From: a virus
Taxonomy: Duplodnaviria; Heunggongvirae; Uroviricota; Caudoviricetes
Direction: 5' to 3' (one strand)
DNA: 40,233 bases
Virus record (IMG/VR): IMGVR_UViG_2802429237_000003
Location: 1 to 40,233 of that record
Positions 24,677 through 34,304 of the stretch are shown in pieces. Position 1 is the stretch's first letter. Every line of letters begins with the position of its first letter. Under the pieces are notes generated by a model. That model was not told the DNA's origin and did not search any database. It worked only from the letters and a program-made list of their open reading frames with translations. The position numbers and the translations under genes are program-made.

Positions 24677-25900
24677 ATGGCTGACATTAAAGATGTGGAG
24701 CAGGTCGCGCAGGAGCTGCAGCAGAAGTTTGACGATTTTAAGGCAAAAAACGACAAGCGCATTGACGCGATCGAACAGGAAAAAAGCAAGCTGGCCGAAC
24801 AGGTGGAAAGCCTGAACGGGCAAATCAGCGAGCTGGAGAACCTGAAAAGCGACCTGGAAAAAGAGCTGGCAGACATCAAGCGTCCGGCAGGCGGCACGCA
24901 AAATAAAGTTGCCGGTGAACACAAAGAAGCGTTTATCGGATTTATGCGCAAGGGGCGTGAAGACGGTCTGCGTGAACTTGAACGTAAGGCGCTTCAGGTA
25001 GGTAATGATGAAGATGGTGGTTATGCCATTCCGGAAGAACTGGATCGTACCATCCTGACGCTGCTGAAAGATGAGGTGGTGATGCGCCAGGAAGCCACTG
25101 TGATCACCCTCGGTGGCTCGGATTATAAAAAACTGGTGAATCTGGGCGGCACTAAGTCCGGATGGGTGGGGGAAACGGATACGCGTCCGGAAACCGCCAC
25201 CTCAAAACTGGGGCTGATTGAACCTTTTATGGGGGAAATCTACGGCAACCCGCAGGCTACCCAGAAAATGCTCGATGATGCTTTTTTCAATGTGGAAGAC
25301 TGGATCAACAGTGAACTGGCGCTGGAATTTGCCGAACAGGAAGAAATTGCCTTTACCAGTGGCGACGGCAGCAAAAAACCAAAAGGTTTCCTTGCTTATG
25401 AGTCCACCGATGAAGATGACAAGACCCGTGCGTTTGGCAAACTTCAGCACATCGCTTCCGGTGCGGCTTCTGGCGTGACCGCTGATGCGATCATTAAACT
25501 GATTTACACCCTGCGTAAGGCGCACCGCAGCGGCGCGAAGTTCATGATGAATAACAGCAGCCTGTTTGCCATTCGCCTGCTGAAGGATAACGACGGAAAT
25601 TATCTGTGGCGTCCGGGTATTGAGCTGGGTCAGCCTTCTTCACTGGCGGGGTATGGCATCGTTGAGAATGAGCAGATGCCGGATATTGCTGCCGATGCAA
25701 AAGCTATTGCGTTTGGTAACTTCAAACGCGGCTATACCATCGTTGATCGTATCGGCACCCGCATCCTGCGCGATCCTTACACCAACAAACCGTTTGTGGG
25801 CTTTTATACCACCAAGCGAACCGGCGGTATGCTGGTGGATTCTCAGGCGATTAAGCTGATGAAAATTGGGGCCGCAACCCGCCAGAAAGCCGCTGCGTAA
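24677..25900 (+). CDS. major capsid protein, HK97 fold, with N-terminal coiled-coil delta/scaffold domain (407 aa)
   Basis: N-terminal ~100 aa coiled coil followed by an HK97-type capsid domain; position after the protease. Confidence 0.85.
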   Translation: MADIKDVEQVAQELQQKFDDFKAKNDKRIDAIEQEKSKLAEQVESLNGQISELENLKSDLEKELADIKRPAGGTQNKVAGEHKEAFIGFMRKGREDGLRELERKALQVGNDEDGGYAIPEELDRTILTLLKDEVVMRQEATVITLGGSDYKKLVNLGGTKSGWVGETDTRPETATSKLGLIEPFMGEIYGNPQATQKMLDDAFFNVEDWINSELALEFAEQEEIAFTSGDGSKKPKGFLAYESTDEDDKTRAFGKLQHIASGAASGVTADAIIKLIYTLRKAHRSGAKFMMNNSSLFAIRLLKDNDGNYLWRPGIELGQPSSLAGYGIVENEQMPDIAADAKAIAFGNFKRGYTIVDRIGTRILRDPYTNKPFVGFYTTKRTGGMLVDSQAIKLMKIGAATRQKAAA

Positions 25901-25944
25901 TGCGGTTTTTTATGCCCGCACAGTGTTGCGGGCAGGAGTTTCTG

Positions 25945-26262
25945 ATGGCAGCAATAGTGGAAAAACTCAGGGCGCAGTGCCGTATTGATACAGATGATGC
26001 AACTGATGATGAGTTACTGATGCTGTATTTCCGGGCTGCCTGCCGCAAGGCAGAAAATTTTATCAACCGTAAGCTTTATGAGGAGACGGTGCCGGAAGGT
26101 GATCCTGACGGGGTGCTTATAGCTGATGATGTTTTGCTGGCGCTCATGTTGCTGGTCGGGCACTGGTACGAAAACCGGGAAAATTCCTCAGATGTCAGCA
26201 AGGCACCAGTCCCGTTTGGTTTTTCTTCTCTGCTGGAGCCTTATCGTTTTATTCCTTTGTAG
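25945..26262 (+). CDS. head-tail connector protein, gp6-like (105 aa)
   Basis: Internal ATG with AGGAG SD after a hairpin (25909-25928); position after major capsid. Confidence 0.55.
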   Translation: MAAIVEKLRAQCRIDTDDATDDELLMLYFRAACRKAENFINRKLYEETVPEGDPDGVLIADDVLLALMLLVGHWYENRENSSDVSKAPVPFGFSSLLEPYRFIPL

Positions 26263-26270
26263 GAGGAACC

Positions 26271-26609
26271 ATGCAGGCGGGCAGATTACGTGATCGCGTA
26301 ACTATTCTGAATGTCACCACCGTCCGTTCTCCGTCAGGGCATCCGGTGGAGACAATGACGGAGGGGGCAACCGTATGGGCAGAAGTTAAGGGGATCAGCG
26401 GGAGGGAGAGAATATCAGGAGGTGCAGAAACCGCTCAGGCTACGGTCAGAGTCTGGATGCGATTTCGGCGCGATGTGACAGCGACTTCACGTCTGAAAGT
26501 GCTGACCGGTGCATTTAAAGGGGTCACTCTTGGTATAGAAGGGCCACCAATACCGGATGCACGCGCCACCCGGCTTGAAATACTCTGCAGCCTGAAGGGG
26601 TATGTGTGA
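26271..26609 (+). CDS. head closure / head-tail joining protein (112 aa)
   Basis: Size and position; SD GGAGGAACC. Confidence 0.55.
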   Translation: MQAGRLRDRVTILNVTTVRSPSGHPVETMTEGATVWAEVKGISGRERISGGAETAQATVRVWMRFRRDVTATSRLKVLTGAFKGVTLGIEGPPIPDARATRLEILCSLKGYV

Positions 26610-27055
26610 TGGATTTCAGTCTTGATTTTTCCGGCCTGGCGGATATTGCACGGGATCTGGATACGCTCAGCAGGGCAGAAAACAATAAGGTTCTGTGCGA
26701 TGCCACCCGTGCCGGTGCTGAAGTTATGCGGGATGCAGTTGTTGAACGTGCGCCGGAGCGAACCGGGAAACTGAAGAAAAATGTGGTTGTTCTCACTCAG
26801 CGTTCAAAGCGTCGGGGGGAAATTATCTCGGGTGTCCACATTCGCGGACGGAACCTGCGAACCGGAAACAGTGATAACAGCATGAAAGCCAGCGATCCCC
26901 GAAATGCGTTTTACTGGCGCTTTGTGGAGCTGGGAACGATAAACATGCCCGCGCATCCGTTCATTCGCCCGGCTTTCGATACGACAGAGGAACTGGCAGC
27001 ACAGATTGCCATACAGCGAATGAATCAGGCTATTGATGAGGTCTTAAGTAAATGA
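26609..27055 (+). CDS. HK97 gp10-like tail-attachment protein (148 aa)
   Basis: Size and position in the head-tail joining block; overlaps upstream stop. Confidence 0.55.
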   Translation: MDFSLDFSGLADIARDLDTLSRAENNKVLCDATRAGAEVMRDAVVERAPERTGKLKKNVVVLTQRSKRRGEIISGVHIRGRNLRTGNSDNSMKASDPRNAFYWRFVELGTINMPAHPFIRPAFDTTEELAAQIAIQRMNQAIDEVLSK

Positions 27056-27396
27056 GGGAGGCCACACTGTATTCCCTGCTGTCTCAACTGGCCGGAGGAC
27101 AGGTTTATCCTTATGTGGTCCCGCTGACGGAGGGAAAGCCTGCGGTATCTCCGCCGTGGCTGGTGTTTTCTGTGGTGTCTGACACGGCGTCTGATGTGCT
27201 TGATGGTCAGGCTGAATCCAGAATTGTCGTGCAGATCGATGTCTGGGCGACAGTACCTGATGACGCAGATGATATTCGTGAGCAGGCGCTTGATGCAGTA
27301 AGGAAACTGGCACCCTCCGTTATTTCTAAAACGCAGGGGTATGATCCTGACTCCCGTTTGAGCAGAGCCACGCTTGAATTTCAGGTAATAGCCTGA
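27052..27396 (+). CDS. tail terminator / tail completion protein, gpU-like (114 aa)
   Basis: Position immediately upstream of the major tail gene; ATGA overlap. Confidence 0.5.
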   Translation: MREATLYSLLSQLAGGQVYPYVVPLTEGKPAVSPPWLVFSVVSDTASDVLDGQAESRIVVQIDVWATVPDDADDIREQALDAVRKLAPSVISKTQGYDPDSRLSRATLEFQVIA

Positions 27397-27455
27397 GGTC
27401 GTTAATGATTTTACCCACCCGCCGCTGGCGGGTTTTTTATTTTCAGGAGACGAGT

Positions 27456-28160
27456 ATGTCCTCTAATTTTGAACGTTCGCAACTGACGAAAATTATGATT
27501 TCGTCTGCACCGGTAACAGCAGAAACCCTGGATTCTGCCAGCTATCTTGGCCTGAGCTGTACAATCAAAGAGGTGCAGTTTACCGCAGGACAAAAGCAGG
27601 ATATTGATGTCACCACGCTGTGTTCTGTTGAGCAGGAAAATATTAACGGTCTTGGTGCCGCGTCAGAGATTTCCATGTCAGGCAACTTTTACCTCAATGC
27701 TGCCCAGAACGCGTTGCGCAGTGCCTATGACAATGACACCACGTATGGCTTTAAAGTTATTTTTCCGTCAGGAAACGGATTTACCTTTATGGCAGAGGTG
27801 CGTCAGCATACCTGGTCTGCAGGAACCAATGGTGTTGTGGCTGCAACGTTTTCCCTGCGCCTGAAAGGTAAACCTGTGCTGGCGACAGAGCCGCTGAAAG
27901 TGAAGGTCGATTTAAACAGCACGCTGCAGGTTTCTGCCGGAGCGAAACTCGAAATGGTGGTTGAGGCTGCCGGTGGTGTGCCGCCTTATTCTTATGTCTG
28001 GAAGAAAGGTAGTTCTCCTGTTTCCGGACAGACGGCGGCAACGTTCAGTAAGGCATCGGCAGTATCCGGTGATGCGGGCGCATATACCTGCGAGATTTCT
28101 GATTCAGCAAGCCCGGTTAACAAAGTGACCTCCACTTCCTGCACTGTAACCGTCAGTTAA
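27456..28160 (+). CDS. major tail protein with C-terminal Ig-like domain (234 aa)
   Basis: ATG with AGGAGACGAG SD after a terminator-like hairpin (27414-27440); position before the G/GT chaperones; C-terminal ~80 aa Ig-like. Confidence 0.7.
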   Translation: MSSNFERSQLTKIMISSAPVTAETLDSASYLGLSCTIKEVQFTAGQKQDIDVTTLCSVEQENINGLGAASEISMSGNFYLNAAQNALRSAYDNDTTYGFKVIFPSGNGFTFMAEVRQHTWSAGTNGVVAATFSLRLKGKPVLATEPLKVKVDLNSTLQVSAGAKLEMVVEAAGGVPPYSYVWKKGSSPVSGQTAATFSKASAVSGDAGAYTCEISDSASPVNKVTSTSCTVTVS

Positions 28161-28174
28161 TGAGGATGGGTGTG

Positions 28175-28546
28175 ATGACTAAAAATATCCGTAATCTGGC
28201 ACTGGCAACGATGTCGGGGTTTCGCCATAAAACTGTTGATGTGCCTGAATGGGAAGGAGCAACGGTTGTATTACGGGAACCTTCTGCAGAAGCCTGGTTG
28301 CGCTGGCAGGAGATCGTTAAAGCAAAAGATGATGAGACACCGTTATCCGTTGCGGAGCGCGCCCGCCGAAATCTGGAGGCAGATGTTGAACTGTTCATTG
28401 ATGTTCTGTGTGATACCGGACTGCAACCTGTATTTTCAGAGGATGATCGTGAACAGGTGATTGCCGTGTATGGCCCGGTGCATGCGCGGCTTCTTCGGCA
28501 GTCTCTGGAACTGATCAGTGATGCCGGCGAGGTTAAAAAAAAGTAG
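28175..28546 (+). CDS. tail assembly chaperone, lambda gpG analogue (123 aa)
   Basis: Position between major tail and tape-measure genes; ends GEVKKK-stop on a slippery A-run. Confidence 0.7.
   Translation: MTKNIRNLALATMSGFRHKTVDVPEWEGATVVLREPSAEAWLRWQEIVKAKDDETPLSVAERARRNLEADVELFIDVLCDTGLQPVFSEDDREQVIAVYGPVHARLLRQSLELISDAGEVKKK
28536..28543 (+). other. -1 programmed ribosomal frameshift slippery site (GTT AAA AAA AAG TAG)
   Basis: Eight A followed by G at the last codons of the G-like gene; the downstream ORF is in the -1 frame. Confidence 0.55.
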
Positions 28547-28848
28547 CGCTTCCGGGGATGCGTTTTCTGATGATGCTGGCACTCAGGATGGGGCGCACAT
28601 TGTCAGAGTTACGCCGGGAAATGTCCGCATCAGAAATCATGATGTGGGCAGAATTTGACAGGTTCAGCCCGCTGGGGGACGAACGGGCTGATATCCGGGC
28701 TGCCCAGATTGTTTCAGCTGTTTACGGTGCGCAGGGGGTCAAAGTGCCACTGAATGATGCGCTTCTTCAGTGGGATCAGGAGCAGACAGAAGGCACCTCA
28801 GATCCATTTGCTGAGATTGAGAAGGCATTATTTGTTGCAGCTCGATGA
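28543..28848 (+). CDS. T-frame extension expressed as G-T fusion chaperone by -1 frameshift
   Basis: ORF 28558..28848 has no plausible SD and lies in the -1 frame relative to G, open back to the slippery site. Confidence 0.55.
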   Translation, partial: VALPGMRFLMMLALRMGRTLSELRREMSASEIMMWAEFDRFSPLGDERADIRAAQIVSAVYGAQGVKVPLNDALLQWDQEQTEGTSDPFAEIEKALFVAAR

Positions 28849-28857
28849 TCTTTTCAT

Positions 28858-28886
28858 TTGACTGGATTATTATTCCCATTTTATTG
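28858..28886 (+). promoter_or_regulatory. candidate promoter of the tail-cluster moron (TTGACT, 16 bp, TTTATT)
   Basis: Hexamers ~20 bp upstream of SD TAAGGAAA and the ATG at 28903. Confidence 0.3.
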
Positions 28887-28902
28887 AGAAAGTAAGGAAA
28901 CA

Positions 28903-29247
28903 TTGATGGAATTTTTACTTATTTCAATAGTTTTGGGACTAATTCCAGCTATTATTGCGAAAAGCAAAGGTCGCTCATTTTTAGGATGGTGGGTATATGG
29001 TGCGATGATCTTTATTGTTGCTCTGGTTCATTCGCTAGTAATCCAAAGAGATGAGAAGGCACATGAACAACAAATGGTAAGCAATGGCATGAAGAAATGC
29101 CCTTACTGTGCGGAGTTGATCAAAGAAGAGGCTATTAAATGTAAGCATTGCGGTAGTGATTTAATTTGCAATGCAGATAGTTCCGTTTCACAAAAAACGG
29201 ATGATGAATATCTTCAGGAAGCAAGGCGTAAGGCCGGACTTCTTTAA
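28903..29247 (+). CDS. moron-encoded membrane protein: two TM helices resembling a superinfection-immunity domain, fused to a C-terminal CPYC...CKHCG zinc ribbon (114 aa)
   Basis: TM region [21 protein letters not shown] resembles Imm_superinfect-type small membrane proteins; AT-rich; own SD and terminator; inserted between GT and tape-measure genes. Confidence 0.6.
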   Translation: MMEFLLISIVLGLIPAIIAKSKGRSFLGWWVYGAMIFIVALVHSLVIQRDEKAHEQQMVSNGMKKCPYCAELIKEEAIKCKHCGSDLICNADSSVSQKTDDEYLQEARRKAGLL

Positions 29248-29254
29248 AGAATAC

Positions 29255-29280
29255 AAAAACCGCTTCGGCGGTTTTTTTTC
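29255..29280 (+). terminator. rho-independent terminator after the moron
   Basis: ACCGC(TTCG)GCGGT followed by T8. Confidence 0.65.
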
Positions 29281-29289
29281 GTCCGGAGA

Positions 29290-32200
29290 ATGAGTGTGGC
29301 GACATTACGTGAACTGATTATTAAAATCTCGGCAAACTCCCGGTCATTCCAGTCAGAGATCTCCCGGGCTTCGCGTATGGGGCAGGATTACTACCGCACC
29401 ATGCAGAACGGAAGCCGACAGTCCGCTGTTGCATCCCATGAAATGCGGCGTGCACTGGCAGAAGTGACGGATCAGATAAATACAGCCAAATCTTCGGCAC
29501 TGAACATGGCGGGGGCATTTGCCGGGGCTTTTGCTACCGGTCATCTTATTTCTCTCGCCGATGAGTGGAATTCAGTCAATGCCCGTCTGAAGCAGGCCTC
29601 ACAGTCCAGTGATGATTTTCAGGTATCACAACGTGAATTAATGGCAATCAGCCAGAGAACGGGGACGGCTTTTTCTGATAACGCCAGCCTTTTTGCCCGC
29701 TCTGCAGCTTCCATGCGGGAGTATGGCTACAGTTCTGAGGAGGTACTGAAAGTCACCGAGGCGATCTCCACGGGCCTGAAATTATCCGGTGCCAGTACAG
29801 CAGAAGCCAGTTCGGTGATCACGCAGTTCAGTCAGGCACTGGCGCAGGGAGTGCTGCGCGGTGAAGAATTTAACTCTGTGAATGAGAACGGCGATCGTGT
29901 TATTCGTGCGCTGGCTGCGGGAATGGGCGTTGCCCGTAAGGATCTGAAGGCCATGGCAGATGACGGAAAGCTGACCGCCGATAAGGTTGTTCCTGCACTG
30001 ATTAGTCAGCTTGGGGCGTTACGTGATGAATATGCAGCAATGCCTGATACGGTTTCATCCTCTGCAACCAAAGTTGAAAACGCCTTTATGGCCTGGGTTG
30101 GTGGTGCGAACGAGGCAAGCGGAGTGACGAAGACACTCACCGGAGTGTTGAATGGTGTTGCAGGCAATATTGATACCGTGGCGGCTGCAGCTGGTGCACT
30201 GGTTGCCGTCGGGGTAGCCCGATATTTTGGCAATATGGCGTCGTCTGCTGGATCTGCAACTGCCGGATTAATTACTGCAGCCAGAAACGAAGTAGCTCTT
30301 GCGGAAGCGCAGCTCCGGGGGACGCAGATAGCAACCGCCAGGGCGCGTGCGGCGGTTTATCGTGCGCAACAGGCGGTCGCGGCTACCCGTGGTACTGAAA
30401 GACAGGCAGCCGCAGAAGCGAAATTGGCTGCTGCCCAGGCGTCACTTACCCGTAATATTGCGGCCAGAACAGCGGCACAGACAACGCTGAATACTGTCAC
30501 GTCAGTGGGGAGTCGTCTGTTAAGTGGGGCACTGGGACTGGTTGGGGGTGTGCCGGGACTTGTCATGCTGGGGGCCGCAGCCTGGTACACAATGTATCAG
30601 AATCAGGAGCAGGCCAGAGAATCTGCACGCCAGTATGCCGCAACAATCGACGAAATTCGCCAGAAAACGTCGGCAATGTCGCTTCCTGAAGCGTCAGATA
30701 ATGAGGAAAAGACGCGACAGGCACTGAAGGAGCAGAACAGGTTAATTGACGAGCAGAAAAGTAAGATTAAATCCTTACAGGAAAAAATTGCTGGCTATCA
30801 GTATGTGCTGGCAAACCCGGGCTGGACAACCGATAACGGTTTTATGATTAACCACATGACGTCGGTAAAAACTGTCACAGAAGGGCTTGCCGAAGCAACA
30901 AATCAACTGGCAGTTGAACAGTCTCGCCTCACTCAAATGCAGGGCAAAGCGCAATCCATTCAGGATGTGCTTGCCGGGCTGGAGGAGCGACGGGTGGCGT
31001 TGATCCGTCAACAGGCAGCGGAACAAAACAAAGCGTATCAGTCCCTGTTGATCATGAATGGGCAGCATACCGAGTTTAATCGCCTTCTCGGGCTTGGTAA
31101 TGAATTACTTCAGCAGCGACAGGGGCTGGTGAATGTACCGTTACGGCTACCACAGGCAACTCTGGATGATAAACAGCAGACCGCACTGAATAACAGCAAG
31201 CGCGAACTGGCTCTGTCCCGCCTTAAGGGGGAAGCGCGTGAGCGTGCCCGACTGGGCTATGCTGCGGATGATCTCGGCTTTGTGGGAGAGGCGTATCAGA
31301 CAGCCAGACAGAATTATATCAATAACTCACTGGATGCCTGGCGAAATAACCAGGCAAATAAACCCAAAGCGCATAAAAAGACCGAAGCGGAAAAAACAGA
31401 AGATATTTATAAACGGCTGATTAAACAGCAGAAAGAACAGATAGCACTGGCAGGGCAGAATACTGAACTGGCTAAGATGAAATATCAGGTCAGTCAGGGC
31501 GAATTATCAACCCTGTCAGAAGCGCAGAAAAAAACGCTTTTGCAGAATGCAGCACTCATCGACCAGAAAAAGATTCGTGAGCAGCTTGCTGCGTATGAGA
31601 GCAGTCTGGCGGACAGTAATGCCAGTGCCCGGGCATCTGACGAAGCGCAGTTGCTGGGATATGGTGAAGGCTCACGGATGCGTGAACGACTCCAGGAAAT
31701 GTGGAGTATCCGGCAGGCGTTTGAGCAGAAAAATAACGAGCTGCTGAGACAGTATCAGGCCGGAGAAATTGAAGAAGCCCTGTGGAAACAGGAGAAAGAA
31801 CTGAATAAAAAATATCTGGAAGAGCGTCTCAGCGATCAGCAGGATTATTATGTAAAGGCCGATGCTTTACGCAGTAACTGGAATGCCGGACTCCAGGAGG
31901 GACTGACCAACTGGGCAGACAGTGCCACCGATTATGCTTCACAGGCGGCAGATGCTGTCGTTTCCACGATGGACGGGCTGGTATCAAATATTTTCGATGC
32001 ACTGGCCGGGAATGTTGTGGAGTGGAGGAACTGGGGGAGTTCAGTTCTCCGGGAAGTTTCAAAAATTCTGATGAATGCGGCCATTGTTAACGGACTGAAG
32101 TCACTCTCCGGTGCCGGAGGGTGGCTTGGTACGGTCGGCGGATGGATTTCGGGGGCGGTGGCAAACGCAAAAGGTGGTGTTTACACATCGGCAAATCTGA

Positions 32201-32523
32201 GTGCTTACAGTAACACTATTGTGGATACACCGACGTATTTTGCTTTTGCGAAAGGTGCCGGGCTGATGGGCGAGGCCGGGCCTGAAGCTATCATGCCACT
32301 GACACGGGCAGCGGACGGCTCTCTTGGGGTCAGAGCCATTGGCAATGTGAATGGTGGCGGTGGATTTGTTTATTCTCCCGTGTATCACATCAGCATTCAG
32401 AATCAAGGGAGCAATGGCGAGATAGATACGCGCTCAGCCAGGGGACTGGTGGATCTGATCGACAGCAGGGTTGTGTCAATTATGCAGTCATCGCGTCGGG
32501 ATGGAGGATTATACAGTGCCTGA
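29290..32523 (+). CDS. tail tape measure protein, lambda gpH-like (1077 aa)
   Basis: Size, Ala/Gln-rich coiled-coil composition, position between chaperones and M/L/K/I. Confidence 0.9.
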   Translation: MSVATLRELIIKISANSRSFQSEISRASRMGQDYYRTMQNGSRQSAVASHEMRRALAEVTDQINTAKSSALNMAGAFAGAFATGHLISLADEWNSVNARLKQASQSSDDFQVSQRELMAISQRTGTAFSDNASLFARSAASMREYGYSSEEVLKVTEAISTGLKLSGASTAEASSVITQFSQALAQGVLRGEEFNSVNENGDRVIRALAAGMGVARKDLKAMADDGKLTADKVVPALISQLGALRDEYAAMPDTVSSSATKVENAFMAWVGGANEASGVTKTLTGVLNGVAGNIDTVAAAAGALVAVGVARYFGNMASSAGSATAGLITAARNEVALAEAQLRGTQIATARARAAVYRAQQAVAATRGTERQAAAEAKLAAAQASLTRNIAARTAAQTTLNTVTSVGSRLLSGALGLVGGVPGLVMLGAAAWYTMYQNQEQARESARQYAATIDEIRQKTSAMSLPEASDNEEKTRQALKEQNRLIDEQKSKIKSLQEKIAGYQYVLANPGWTTDNGFMINHMTSVKTVTEGLAEATNQLAVEQSRLTQMQGKAQSIQDVLAGLEERRVALIRQQAAEQNKAYQSLLIMNGQHTEFNRLLGLGNELLQQRQGLVNVPLRLPQATLDDKQQTALNNSKRELALSRLKGEARERARLGYAADDLGFVGEAYQTARQNYINNSLDAWRNNQANKPKAHKKTEAEKTEDIYKRLIKQQKEQIALAGQNTELAKMKYQVSQGELSTLSEAQKKTLLQNAALIDQKKIREQLAAYESSLADSNASARASDEAQLLGYGEGSRMRERLQEMWSIRQAFEQKNNELLRQYQAGEIEEALWKQEKELNKKYLEERLSDQQDYYVKADALRSNWNAGLQEGLTNWADSATDYASQAADAVVSTMDGLVSNIFDALAGNVVEWRNWGSSVLREVSKILMNAAIVNGLKSLSGAGGWLGTVGGWISGAVANAKGGVYTSANLSAYSNTIVDTPTYFAFAKGAGLMGEAGPEAIMPLTRAADGSLGVRAIGNVNGGGGFVYSPVYHISIQNQGSNGEIDTRSARGLVDLIDSRVVSIMQSSRRDGGLYSA

Positions 32524-32857
32524 GCCTGAAGTTTTTAACTGGATCCCCCGTGAGGGGATGGAGACGACACGAAAGCCATCAGTTATTACGGTAAAGTTTG
32601 GTGACGGATATGAACAGCGACGGGCTGGTGGTCTGAATGCGGATCTGAAAACGTTTAAACCGGTATTTCGTGTCACAGATGAATATTCCCGTGCCGCGCT
32701 GGACAGTTTTTTATCCCGTCATGCCGGGATTCGTGCTTTTTTGTGGCGTCCGCCAAAACACAACAGGACTGTCCGGGTTGTCTGCAGGGAGTGGAGCATT
32801 TCGGATAATGCCATGTATACCGATTTTAACTGTACCTTTGAAGAGGTCACTCACTGA
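32500..32857 (+). CDS. minor tail protein M (lambda gpM-like; ~119 aa, start uncertain)
   Basis: VKFGDGYEQR...FLWRPP resembles lambda gpM; overlaps the tape-measure 3' end. Confidence 0.75.
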
Positions 32858-33555
32858 TGCAGGATATACAGCAGGAAACACTCAATGAGTGCACTAAAAC
32901 GGAGCAATCCGCGCTGGTCGTGCTCTGGGAAATTGATCTGACAGAAGTCGGCGGAGATCGTTATTTTTTCTGTAATGAGCAGAACGAAAAAGGTGAACCA
33001 GTCACCTGGCAGAGGCGGCAGTATCAGGCCTATCCCATTCAGGGAAGTGGATTTGAGATGAACGGCAAAGGAGCCAGTGCAAGGCCAACGCTGAAAGTCT
33101 CTAATCTGCACGGCATGGTCACAGGGATGGCGGAAGATCTGCAGAGTCTGGTCGGCGGAACGGTGGTCCGGCGTAAGGTTTACGCCCGTTTTCTGGATGC
33201 GGTGAACTTCGTCAACGGAAACAGTGACGCCGATCCGGAGCAGGAGGTGATCAGCCGCTGGCGCATCGAGCAGTGCAGCGAACTGAGCGCGGTGAGTGCC
33301 TCCTTTGTGTTGTCCACACCGACGGAAACGGATGGTGCTGTTTTTCCGGGGCGCATCATGCTGGCCAACACCTGTACCTGGACTTATCGCGGTGATGAGT
33401 GCGGTTATAGCGGTCCGGCTGTCGCGGATGAATATGACCAGCCGACAACCGATATCACGAAGGATAAATGCAGCAAATGCCTGAGCGGTTGTAAGTTTCG
33501 CAATAACGTCGGCAACTTTGGCGGCTTCCTTTCCATTAACAAACTTTCGCAGTAA
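32857..33555 (+). CDS. minor tail protein L (lambda gpL-like; 232 aa)
   Basis: Size, order and C-terminal Cys cluster (CSKCLSGCKF) as in lambda gpL. Confidence 0.85.
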   Translation: MQDIQQETLNECTKTEQSALVVLWEIDLTEVGGDRYFFCNEQNEKGEPVTWQRRQYQAYPIQGSGFEMNGKGASARPTLKVSNLHGMVTGMAEDLQSLVGGTVVRRKVYARFLDAVNFVNGNSDADPEQEVISRWRIEQCSELSAVSASFVLSTPTETDGAVFPGRIMLANTCTWTYRGDECGYSGPAVADEYDQPTTDITKDKCSKCLSGCKFRNNVGNFGGFLSINKLSQ

Positions 33556-33560
33556 ATCCC

Positions 33561-34304
33561 ATGACAGAGACAGAATCAGCGATTCTGGCGCACGCCCGAC
33601 GATGTGCGCCAGCGGAGTCGTGCGGCTTCGTGGTGAGAACGCCGGAGGGGGAAAGATATTTTCCCTGCGTGAATATCTCCGGTGAGCCGGAGGATTATTT
33701 CCGGATGTCGCCGGAGGACTGGCTGCAGGCAGAAATGCAGGGTGAGATTGTGGCGCTGGTCCACAGTCACCCCGGTGGTCTGCCCTGGCTGAGTGAGGCC
33801 GACCGGCGGCTGCAGGTGCAGAGTGATTTGCCGTGGTGGCTGGTCTGCCGGGGGGCGATTCATAAGTTCCGCTGTGTGCCGCATCTCACCGGGCGGCGTT
33901 TTGAGCACGGGGTGACGGACTGTTACACGCTGTTCCGGGATGCTTACCATCTGGCGGGGATTGAGATGCCGGATTTTCATCGCGGGGATGACTGGTGGCG
34001 TAACGGTCAGAATCTCTATCTTGACAATATGGAGGCGACGGGTTTTTACCGTGTCGCACTGACAGAGGCGCAGCCGGGCGATGTGCTGCTGTGCTGCTTT
34101 GGATCATCGGTGCCGAATCATGCCGCCATTTACTGTGGCGGCGGCGAGCTGCTGCACCATATTCCTGAACAACTGAGCAAACGAGAGAGGTATACCGACA
34201 AATGGCAGCGACGCACACACTCCCTCTGGCGTCACCAGGCATGGCACGCATCTGCCTTTACGGGGATTTACAACGATTTGGCCGCCGCATCGATCTGCGT
34301 GTGA
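33561..34304 (+). CDS. tail assembly protein K (lambda gpK-like; 247 aa)
   Basis: HSHP motif of the MPN/JAB domain and Cys-containing NlpC/P60-like region; order M-L-K-I. Confidence 0.85.
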   Translation: MTETESAILAHARRCAPAESCGFVVRTPEGERYFPCVNISGEPEDYFRMSPEDWLQAEMQGEIVALVHSHPGGLPWLSEADRRLQVQSDLPWWLVCRGAIHKFRCVPHLTGRRFEHGVTDCYTLFRDAYHLAGIEMPDFHRGDDWWRNGQNLYLDNMEATGFYRVALTEAQPGDVLLCCFGSSVPNHAAIYCGGGELLHHIPEQLSKRERYTDKWQRRTHSLWRHQAWHASAFTGIYNDLAAASICV

